From: an uncultured Rickettsiales bacterium
Lineage (GTDB): Bacteria; Pseudomonadota; Alphaproteobacteria; Rickettsiales; SXRF01
Length of the DNA: 64,000 nucleotides
Direction of reading: 5' to 3'
Assembly (NCBI GenBank): GCA_964518725.1
Contig: CAZFKP010000009.1
Span: 11,435 to 75,434, forward strand
In this document: positions 49,604 to 57,091 of the stretch, in pieces
Layout of the letters: every line of letters starts with the position of its first letter
Numbering within the stretch: position 1 is the stretch's first letter
Notes under the pieces: model-generated
What the model was told of the DNA's origin: nothing
What the model saw: the letters and a program-made list of their open reading frames with translations, nothing else
Databases searched by the model: none
Position numbers and translations under genes: made by a program

Positions 49604-50031
49604 TTTCTGGACGGCACTTTGATCAGCGCCTCACCGTCAATCACCATGGTATCCTTGACAAAACACTGGGTGGACAGTGTGGCACGTTTCTTTTCCGCAT
49701 TAAGTGCCGTGATGGTGACGACCGCATAGACGGTGTCGCCAACCCGTACAGGGGCAAGGAATTTAATGGTCTGACTCATGTAGATGCACCCCGGCCCCGG
49801 AAGCTTGGTACCAATCGCAGCCGAAATGAGGGAGGCGGTGAGCATGCCGTGGACGATGCACCCGCCAAACGGCGTGGCACGCGCATACTCTTCGTTCAGG
49901 TGCATCGGGTTGGTGTCACCGGACACGCCAGAAAAATTCCTGAGATCCGTTTCGGTGATGGTACGCGACACAGTCGCCTTCATGCCGATGGAAAGCTCCT
50001 CGAATGAAAATCCGTCGAGCGCGTGATGCAT
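49600..50031 (-). CDS. MaoC-like (R)-specific enoyl-CoA hydratase, hot-dog fold
   Basis: SGDTNPMHLNEEYA...GCIVHGML. ATG at 50031 is preferred; the track ORF is 5'-extended into secF. Confidence 0.8.
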   Translation of the reverse strand: MHHALDGFSFEELSIGMKATVSRTITETDLRNFSGVSGDTNPMHLNEEYARATPFGGCIVHGMLTASLISAAIGTKLPGPGCIYMSQTIKFLAPVRVGDTVYAVVTITALNAEKKRATLSTQCFVKDTMVIDGEALIKVPSRK

Positions 50032-50035
50032 GCTG

Positions 50036-50947
50036 CTACGCCTTGCTTTCCGTATTGCTGCGGATATTAAGGTAAAGCAGTGCCGGAGCCGAAATATAAA
50101 TCGACGAGTAGGTGCCAATGGCAACGCCAAATACCATCGCGCCGGAGAAGCTGTGGATCACGTCGCCGCCAAACAGGTAGAGCGCGAGCGATGCAAGCAG
50201 CGTCGTCGATGCTGTAAGAATGGTGCGTGACAAGGTTTCGTTGATCGACAGGTTAAGCAGCTCCATGATTTCTTTCTTTTTGAAGCGGCGGAGATTCTCG
50301 CGGATACGGTCATAGATCACCACCGAGTCGTTGATGGAATAACCGATGATGGTGAGGATGGCGGCCACCGCCGTCAGGCCAAACTCAAACCGGGTGAGCG
50401 CAAAAAACCCAAGCACCATGATGCTGTCATGCACGAGCGCGAGGATCGCACCGACGCCATATTGCCACTCGAAACGGAACCACACATAAATCATGATGGC
50501 GGTAAACGACAACAGCGTCGCAATGATGCCGTTTCTGATTAACTCCTGTCCCACCGTCGGGCCGACATAATCAACCTTGCGGTAGCTGATCGCGTGAGGC
50601 TGCTGTGCAGACACGATGGTTTTCACCCGCTCAATCACCGTCGCCTGATCATCTTTCCCGGTCACCTGAATGCGTATCATCACATCGTTCGGCGAGCCGC
50701 TGTTTTGCAGGGATATTTCCCCGAACTCGCCCGTGGAAAGTGCGGCACGCATGGCACCGAGGTCGGCCTCTTGCCCGGTGTGGATTTCCATCAGGACACC
50801 GCCGGTGAAATCGATGCCGAGGTTCAGGCCTTTGCTGGCAACAAGGCCAAGCGAGGCGATGGTGAGCAGGATCGAAATAATAAATCCGACCCAGCGCTTG
50901 TCCATGAAACCGAATGCGGGCTGATTGTGAAAAATCTGGAGTGTCAT
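50036..50947 (-). CDS. secF: protein translocase subunit SecF
   Basis: 303 aa and 6 TM helices, with GIDFTGG, IGYSINDSVVIYDRIREN and the LSRTI motif. No secD lies upstream. Confidence 0.92.
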   Translation of the reverse strand: MTLQIFHNQPAFGFMDKRWVGFIISILLTIASLGLVASKGLNLGIDFTGGVLMEIHTGQEADLGAMRAALSTGEFGEISLQNSGSPNDVMIRIQVTGKDDQATVIERVKTIVSAQQPHAISYRKVDYVGPTVGQELIRNGIIATLLSFTAIMIYVWFRFEWQYGVGAILALVHDSIMVLGFFALTRFEFGLTAVAAILTIIGYSINDSVVIYDRIRENLRRFKKKEIMELLNLSINETLSRTILTASTTLLASLALYLFGGDVIHSFSGAMVFGVAIGTYSSIYISAPALLYLNIRSNTESKA

Positions 50948-50990
50948 AAAATTTTACTCAACTGGGCTGATAAAAACAGGCGCAGGATAG

Positions 50991-51473
50991 TTACCTTGCC
51001 GCCAGATGGCCAGTCCTTTCTTCCATCCGCCGGAGGGCTTTCCCGGTCACTTTTGTTGCAAACTCCACCTCGTTGATCGTAACTGCCGGTGCATCCCACA
51101 GCGGAACATCCAGCTGCTCGCGACGAACATGGTCGTTGAAATGCTTCCGCATCAGGCCAGCCGTATCCTCAAGCAGTTTGTAAAGTACATATTCAGCGGC
51201 TGTGTCAGGCACCATTCCCAACCCGTCATCGGCAGGCACAGCATAGGTCAGGCGCAGCCCCCACTCCTGGCGGTCACGGTCACCACGCGATGGCACGCGT
51301 ACACCCAGCGGATAAGGCTCGACGTCAAGCTGCTCCACTACCTGCCGTAGAGCCTTCAAATCCCGACGGCGGCGGGTGTGATGATGGTCGGTATTCCAGA
51401 TGCGGTGGCCGATCAGGTCGCAGGCAATCGCCTTGAAATGATGGGCGATGTATTCAGCATCTTCCTGATCCAT
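50991..51473 (-). CDS. hypothetical protein (160 aa), His/Arg-rich N-terminal part
   Basis: ORF tightly packed between the Nfu-like gene (5-nt gap) and secF (43-nt gap). No family recognised; the C-terminal VTINEVEFATKVTGKALRRMEE might be an HTH. Confidence 0.5.
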   Translation of the reverse strand: MDQEDAEYIAHHFKAIACDLIGHRIWNTDHHHTRRRRDLKALRQVVEQLDVEPYPLGVRVPSRGDRDRQEWGLRLTYAVPADDGLGMVPDTAAEYVLYKLLEDTAGLMRKHFNDHVRREQLDVPLWDAPAVTINEVEFATKVTGKALRRMEERTGHLAAR

Positions 51474-51478
51474 CGGCG

Positions 51479-52036
51479 TTAGGCCACAGCCTCAACAGCG
51501 ATCACTTCCGGCACATAGTGCTTCAGCATATTCTCAATGCCGTTCTTGAGGGTAACCGTGGAGCTTGGGCAGCCCGAGCAGGAGCCGTGCAACTCAAGCG
51601 TCACAATACCGTCATTAAACCCGTGGAAGATAATATCGCCGCCATCCTGTGCCACAGCCGGACGCACACGGGTTTCGATCAGCTCCTTGATTTGTTTCAC
51701 CAGCTCGGAATCATCTTCGTTGGCAGCGCTAGCCACAGGCGCTTTCCCGGCTTTGATGAGCACAGGCTTCCCGGCCACAAAATGATCCATGATCGCGGTA
51801 AGCAGAATCGGTTTCAGCGCTTCCCAATGCGACGCCTCGTCCTTGGTGACGGTGATGAAATCCGCTCCGAGGAAGATGGCACTCACACCCTCAACATCAA
51901 ACAGGGTGCTCGCCAGCGGCGAGATGCTAGCGTCGTCCTTGCCGGTGAAAAATACCGTTCCTGTGGACATCACTTCAACGCCCGGGGTAAATTTCAATGT
52001 CAACGGGTTGGGCGTGGATTCAGTTTGGATAAACAT
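51479..52036 (-). CDS. NifU/Nfu-type Fe-S cluster scaffold protein
   Basis: Nfu_N domain (MFIQTESTPNPLTLKF) and a NifU C-domain with CxxC (GSCSGCPSS). ATG at 52036 is preferred. Confidence 0.88.
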   Translation of the reverse strand: MFIQTESTPNPLTLKFTPGVEVMSTGTVFFTGKDDASISPLASTLFDVEGVSAIFLGADFITVTKDEASHWEALKPILLTAIMDHFVAGKPVLIKAGKAPVASAANEDDSELVKQIKELIETRVRPAVAQDGGDIIFHGFNDGIVTLELHGSCSGCPSSTVTLKNGIENMLKHYVPEVIAVEAVA

Positions 52037-52111
52037 AGTATTTTCCTTTGCGGTTGGTTGATATATAGTGCCTGCCACCAAAGGATTCAACCGTTTCCAA
52101 GGAGCCCGACC

Positions 52112-52768
52112 ATGAAAAAAACCTTTCTTACCCTCACCGTTTCCAGCCTACTGGCCAGCAACGCCTATGCGCTTGAAATTGAACTGAATGGCATCAAAAA
52201 CGGCGAGCGCATCCCCGACCGGTTCGCCTTTTGCGTGCCGGACGGCAAGGGGAAAACCCAAAATGGCGGCAATATCAACCCGCAAGTACGCTGGAAAGGG
52301 ACGCCAAAAGGCACCAAATCATTCGCACTCCTCGTGGTTGATCCCGATGTGCCCGCCACATTCGACGATGCGAACCAGGAAGGAAAAACCATTGCCGAAG
52401 ATTTCCCGCGCCAGAATTTCTATCACTGGGTATTGGTCGACATCCCCAAAGGATTGGCCGCCATCCGGCAAGGGCAGGATAGCGGCGGCCACGTTGAGGG
52501 CGGCAAGCCGACCGGCAAAACCAGCTACGGGGTGAACGGTAAAAACGATTATGCCAGCTTTATGAAAGGTACGTTCGGCGGCTATGACGGCCCCTGCCCG
52601 CCATGGAACGATGCGCGCCTGCACCGCTATCATTTCCGGCTCTATGCGGTTGATACCGAAACGCTCGGGCTTGCCGGCGACTTCACCGGCAAGGATGCGG
52701 AGGCCGCCCTTGCCAACCACACGCTGGCCATGGCAGAAATAATCGGGACATTCAGCAATGCCCAATAG
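52112..52768 (+). CDS. YbhB/YbcL family Raf-kinase-inhibitor-like (PEBP) periplasmic protein
   Basis: Signal peptide MKKTFLTLTVSSLLASNAYA and the PEBP motifs VVDPDVP, HWVLVDIP and HRYHFRLYA. The track ORF 51518.. is a spurious 5' extension antisense to the Nfu gene. Confidence 0.88.
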   Translation: MKKTFLTLTVSSLLASNAYALEIELNGIKNGERIPDRFAFCVPDGKGKTQNGGNINPQVRWKGTPKGTKSFALLVVDPDVPATFDDANQEGKTIAEDFPRQNFYHWVLVDIPKGLAAIRQGQDSGGHVEGGKPTGKTSYGVNGKNDYASFMKGTFGGYDGPCPPWNDARLHRYHFRLYAVDTETLGLAGDFTGKDAEAALANHTLAMAEIIGTFSNAQ

Positions 52769-54236
52769 GACGCTTAACTACGCCACGTCCTGCCTTATTT
52801 TTTGCCTGGTCGTCGTCGCGCTGTGCACAAATTTTGAGATGCTGCTTGGTGATGGCGATACGGCGTGGCACCTGGCGGCGGGCAATCTGATCCGCAGCAG
52901 TGGGGCGATCCCGGCGACCGATCCGTGGGCGTTTACCTCCGGCGGCGTGCCGTGGGTCAATCTGGCGTGGCTGTGGGACGTGTGGATGAGCTGGCTGCAT
53001 GAGCGGTTCGGGTGGCATGGGCAGCTCGCATTCTTCAGCCTGTGCCATGCGCTGACGATGGTGGTGCTGTACCAGGCCTGCCTCCTGCGTTCAGGCAACG
53101 GCATGGCATCGTTCTTTTCCATGTTCCTGGTGCTGATTTCCATCCCACCCTTTTTGCGTTCGATGTGGGTGAGCAACCTGTTTGTGGCCACGCTGTTTCT
53201 GATCGGGTTGCTGATCGAGTATCGCGGCTGGCGCGTGTGGTGGTGGTATGCGATGCCGCTCGTAATGCCGCTGTGGGTGAATGTGCATGGCGGGTTCATT
53301 ATCGCTTTCGTGGTACTCGGCGCCTTCGGGTTGCAAGCACTGCTGCGGAAAGACTGGCGCAGCGCCTCCCACATGACCGCAGCCGGGCTGCTGAGCATCG
53401 CTGCGCTCGGCATCAGCCCCTACGGTTATACGGGCGTGATCGACGTGGTGCTAAAAACATTTAATACCCCTGCCCTTGCCATTATCCCGGAATTCCAGCC
53501 ATCGGCTTTCTCATGGAGCTTCCTGCTCACCTACCTCTACATTCCGGTGTTCCTGTTCTGCGCCATGCACCGTCAGGCAAAGACATCGCTGGCCGAGGCA
53601 ATTCTTGGGTTCGGACTTATCCTTCCCGCAATGACTTCGATGCGCTACTGGACGTTTGTCTATTTGTTTTCCTGCCCGATCCTTGCCCAGTTTCTCACCA
53701 GCTACATCAAGAACAGCACCCGGCATGGCAATCCGGTGGCTATGCGTATTGCCGGACAGATGAAGCAGTCTCTGTTCGTCACCCATGCAAAGATGACCGG
53801 AGCTGGAATTTCACTGTTGATGCTAGGAGGTATGGCGCTGCTGTTTACCCCAGCAGCGGCGCGGCATTTCAAAATCGAAGGCTACGATCCGTACCACAAC
53901 TTCCTGCCCGCCTACGAATTCGTACATACCCATTACCCCAAGCACCGCTTCCTCACCGATTATGTGACGGCAGCACCGTTCATCCTCATCTCCGGCGGGA
54001 CGTTCCCTGTATTCATCGATGGCCGCGGAGAATCCGCTTATCCGCATTCGCTGGTAGAATCCTACGTCCGCATGTACAAAGGAGAAAAAGACTGGGAAAC
54101 CATTCTCGATACTTACCGCATTGACGGGGTGGTACTATTTAATTTTGAACTCCGCTTGCCAGCATTATTTCGGGATCGCAAGGGATGGAAAAAAGTGTTT
54201 GAGGATAAAACGTCGATCGTGTTTGTGCGTGAATAA
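52758..54236 (+). CDS. polytopic inner-membrane protein (possible GT-C-fold glycosyltransferase)
   Basis: 492 aa and about 12 TM helices. An acidic motif sits in the first loop (LLGDGDTAWHLAAG...DPWAF), with a soluble C-terminal domain. The family assignment is tentative. Confidence 0.5.
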   Translation: MPNRTLNYATSCLIFCLVVVALCTNFEMLLGDGDTAWHLAAGNLIRSSGAIPATDPWAFTSGGVPWVNLAWLWDVWMSWLHERFGWHGQLAFFSLCHALTMVVLYQACLLRSGNGMASFFSMFLVLISIPPFLRSMWVSNLFVATLFLIGLLIEYRGWRVWWWYAMPLVMPLWVNVHGGFIIAFVVLGAFGLQALLRKDWRSASHMTAAGLLSIAALGISPYGYTGVIDVVLKTFNTPALAIIPEFQPSAFSWSFLLTYLYIPVFLFCAMHRQAKTSLAEAILGFGLILPAMTSMRYWTFVYLFSCPILAQFLTSYIKNSTRHGNPVAMRIAGQMKQSLFVTHAKMTGAGISLLMLGGMALLFTPAAARHFKIEGYDPYHNFLPAYEFVHTHYPKHRFLTDYVTAAPFILISGGTFPVFIDGRGESAYPHSLVESYVRMYKGEKDWETILDTYRIDGVVLFNFELRLPALFRDRKGWKKVFEDKTSIVFVRE

Positions 54237-54249
54237 CACGCACATAAGC

Positions 54250-54287
54250 AAAAAAAATCCCCGCAGGTGACGCCTGCGGGGATTTTT
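54250..54287. terminator. bidirectional rho-independent terminator
   Basis: A8 tract, 10-bp GC stem TCCCCGCAGG/CCTGCGGGGA (54258-54267 / 54273-54282), 5-nt loop and T5 tract. Lies between convergent genes. Confidence 0.85.
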
Positions 54288-54304
54288 GTCGATCGGCTCG
54301 TAAA

Positions 54305-54658
54305 TTAAGGAGACGTCGTGGTACAGCCGGAAACGACCGCGCCACCGCCGGAACCAGCACCCATCGTATCCACGATTTGCGCGGCGCCAAATACGATCGC
54401 CACACCGATACCAACGATCATCGCCATACCCCAGGATACTTTACCCAGGAGTGCGCCGATACCGATCACGGTGATCGCGATGGTGGCCAACCCTTTACCA
54501 GTGTTACCGGTGAACCACAGAGCAACCGTACAGAGTACGTTACCCATGCGGGTATTAGTGGCATGCGCCATGTCAGGCAACAGCATGACAAACGCAGCCA
54601 GCACCACGAGCAGGCTAGCCTGCCAGTAAAGCGCCAAGTCTTTGTTTTGAGTTTTCAT
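54305..54658 (-). CDS. TrbC/VirB2-family type IV secretion pilin
   Basis: 117 aa with a long signal peptide ending MAHA and two hydrophobic helices. By eye it matches A. tumefaciens VirB2 (GNVLCTV..FTGNTGKGLATIAITVIGIGALLGKVSWGMAMIVGIGVAIVFGAAQIV..G.GSGGG versus NNICTFILGPFGQSLAVLGIVAIGISWMFGRASLGLVAGVVGGIVIMFGASFLGQTLTGGG). Confidence 0.8.
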   Translation of the reverse strand: MKTQNKDLALYWQASLLVVLAAFVMLLPDMAHATNTRMGNVLCTVALWFTGNTGKGLATIAITVIGIGALLGKVSWGMAMIVGIGVAIVFGAAQIVDTMGAGSGGGAVVSGCTTTSP

Positions 54659-55099
54659 AACAATACCTTTTTGTAGTCTTAGTTAAAAACACTTGTGTCC
54701 CTGGGAACAAGTCCGTCTCACAAGCATCCGCCCGGGAATATCCCGGACAAGACAACGGTACCATACGGGGGAAGCCTTTACAAAACGTAAATGATGAAGC
54801 TTTTATGACAGTCGCCCAAAGGCTTGTTAATAAATACCGATTCCGCTTGCATCCAGATGTGGAATAGTATAGGTTCAGCGCGGGTTTTAGTTGGGAACTC
54901 TTATCTTCCAAGTGTGTGGCCGATGGCCACCTCGCCTTCTTAAGGCGTTGATTGATCGGCATTATTGCTTGTCCTTCCTTCGTTTGACAAAGAGTTTGAA
55001 CAGGTGGTTTCCGTAGGGAGCCGCTATGGAACAAAGCTCTTTTTTCGCGACTCCAGATTGTCTGGTGCCGTACAAACGATTGTATTACAAGGATCAATT

Positions 55100-56320
55100 A
55101 TGCAAGATTTTACCTCTCTCAACCTCCCCCCACAACTCATGACGGCACTCGCCAAAATGGGTTTCGCCACCCCCACCCCGATTCAAGCCAAATCGATCCC
55201 GCAAGCCCTCGAAGGCCGCGATATCCTCGGTTCCGCCCAAACCGGCACCGGCAAAACCGGGGCATTCGGCATCCCGCTGGTCAACCGCCTACTCACCAAC
55301 CCACGCGGTTCGGCGCTCGTACTTTGCCCCACCCGCGAACTGGCCGTTCAGGTGTTACAGCAATTAAAAGCCATGGCCGGAAGCGCGTCGGGCATCAATT
55401 CGGCGCTGCTTATCGGCGGCGAGTCCATGCCGAAGCAGTTGCAAGAATTACGCCTGCGCCCACGGATCATCGTTGGCACGCCAGGCCGCATCAACGACCA
55501 TCTGGAACGTGGATCACTGATGCTGCACGATGCGAACTTCCTGGTGCTCGATGAAACCGACCGTATGCTCGATATGGGTTTTGGCCCGCAGCTCGACCGC
55601 ATTTTCAAGTTCCTCCCGGCCACCCGCCAAACACTGATGTTCTCAGCAACGCTGCCCGACAACATCGTAAAAATTTCGCAGAAATATTTGAAAGACCCGG
55701 TGCGTGTTGCTGCTGGCGAAGTATCGAAACCGATTGCAAAAATTACCCAGGAAAATATTCAAGTCACTGACGAGAACAAATACGACCACCTGCTCAAGCA
55801 GCTTGAAACCCGCGACGGCTCGATCATCGTATTCGTGAAAACCAAATGGGGTGCTGAGAAACTGGCGAAACGCCTGCGTTCAGCCAAGCACAGCGCCGAC
55901 GCCATCCATGGAGATTTGCGCCAGAACCAACGCGACAAGGTGATTAAATCCTTCCGCGAAATGAAGCACCGTATTCTGGTCGCCACCGACATCGCGGCAC
56001 GCGGCCTCGATATCCCGCACATTGAGCACGTTATCAACTATGACCTGCCGCAAGTGGCGGAAGATTACATCCACCGCATCGGCCGTACCGGACGTAACGA
56101 AGCCGAAGGTGCTGCGGTGAATCTTATCACCCGCGCCGATGGCGAAAAATGGGGCGCGATTGCCAAGCTGCTCGATCCGGAAGCCTATAAGAAACTTCAG
56201 GCCGAACAGCGCACCAACCAGAAAATTGCCCACAGCAACAAGCCGGGTTCTAGCAATGGCAACAGCAACAAACGTCGCCGTTTCCGTTCAGGCTCAAAAC
56301 CAGCCGCCAAGCGCGCATAA
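55100..56320 (+). CDS. DEAD-box ATP-dependent RNA helicase (RhlE-like)
   Basis: Q motif (GFATPTPIQ), AQTGTGKT, PTRELA, motif II as DETD, SAT, HRIGRTGR, and a basic Ser/Asn/Lys/Arg tail. ATG at 55100; the track ORF is 5'-extended. Confidence 0.92.
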   Translation: MQDFTSLNLPPQLMTALAKMGFATPTPIQAKSIPQALEGRDILGSAQTGTGKTGAFGIPLVNRLLTNPRGSALVLCPTRELAVQVLQQLKAMAGSASGINSALLIGGESMPKQLQELRLRPRIIVGTPGRINDHLERGSLMLHDANFLVLDETDRMLDMGFGPQLDRIFKFLPATRQTLMFSATLPDNIVKISQKYLKDPVRVAAGEVSKPIAKITQENIQVTDENKYDHLLKQLETRDGSIIVFVKTKWGAEKLAKRLRSAKHSADAIHGDLRQNQRDKVIKSFREMKHRILVATDIAARGLDIPHIEHVINYDLPQVAEDYIHRIGRTGRNEAEGAAVNLITRADGEKWGAIAKLLDPEAYKKLQAEQRTNQKIAHSNKPGSSNGNSNKRRRFRSGSKPAAKRA

Positions 56321-56327
56321 CCATCAC

Positions 56328-56350
56328 CCCCGGGCAGCACCTGCCCGGGG
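56328..56350 (+). terminator. hairpin, probable terminator of the helicase gene
   Basis: 10-bp stem CCCCGGGCAG/CTGCCCGGGG with a 3-nt loop, 8 nt after the stop. The following T-tract is weak (ATACGTTTATT). Confidence 0.5.
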
Positions 56351-56356
56351 ATACGT

Positions 56357-57091
56357 TTATTGTGTGCAATACCCCATCGCAACTGGCGCATGGCGTGTAA
56401 GCGCGTCCAGAATGTGCGTATCCTCCGCCGTTTCTTTTTCTGCCTCCTGAATACCGGATGCCGAATGCCGGATGCTTTCATACCTCAGCACCGTGATATG
56501 CGATTGGTGTTCCATAATCCGGGTAACCATCAGCTCCAGTATCCGCGCTTGCTTTTCGAGCAGCGGCATTGACGCCTGCACAAGCGCTTTTATTTCCGGC
56601 CAATAGGCGACGGCATTGGGCAGCTCGCCACGGCTGATCGGCAAATCGAGCCGGCGCCATGAGCGGATCACCGGCAGCGGATGACGGATCACGGCACGGA
56701 TGTCAAATCTTCCAAGCGCGATAAGCTCCGGAAGCACCGCGAGGTACGGAGCGTTATGTTTAATGGCCAGTGTAAAATCCGGCGGCAGGCCGGGACGTAG
56801 CAAATCATGTATTACAAATTTTGTTTTCGTTCCGGATTCGTAATAATTAGTGAGCGCCGCGCCATTCTCCGCCCGGCGGTCAGGCACCGGAGTGCCTGCC
56901 AATAATTTCTCGCGCAGGCGGAGGAAGTCCGTAGCGATCGCACCAACAAACCCGGACGCATCAAGGCTCGGGTGCGGGCGATGCCACTCCGGCTCATTGA
57001 GGCAAACAGTGTTTGGTTCGGCTTCGAGCAGACTTGCGGCGAGCGTCGTGCCGCTGCGCGGAATGCCGGTGAGGATGATATCACGCGCCAT
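56357..57091 (-). CDS. sulfotransferase family protein
   Basis: N-terminal PAPS 5'-phosphosulfate loop (ILTGIPRSGTT) and a later RHP...S segment. ATG at 57091 overlaps the upstream GT gene by 11 nt. Confidence 0.6.
   Translation of the reverse strand: MARDIILTGIPRSGTTLAASLLEAEPNTVCLNEPEWHRPHPSLDASGFVGAIATDFLRLREKLLAGTPVPDRRAENGAALTNYYESGTKTKFVIHDLLRPGLPPDFTLAIKHNAPYLAVLPELIALGRFDIRAVIRHPLPVIRSWRRLDLPISRGELPNAVAYWPEIKALVQASMPLLEKQARILELMVTRIMEHQSHITVLRYESIRHSASGIQEAEKETAEDTHILDALTRHAPVAMGYCTQ

Noticed and set aside
51518-52111. 5' two-fifths of the 416-aa track ORF 51518..52768
   Set aside because: This part is antisense to the Nfu gene and has no SD or signal peptide. The real PEBP gene starts at ATG 52112 (MKKTFLTL signal peptide) after a GGAG.
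54615-55097. 160-aa minus-strand ORF spanning the pilin-helicase spacer
   Set aside because: It overlaps the pilin gene start and has an unbiased, Cys/Trp/Arg-containing composition with no motif. I treat it as a chance ORF in a lower-GC non-coding region.
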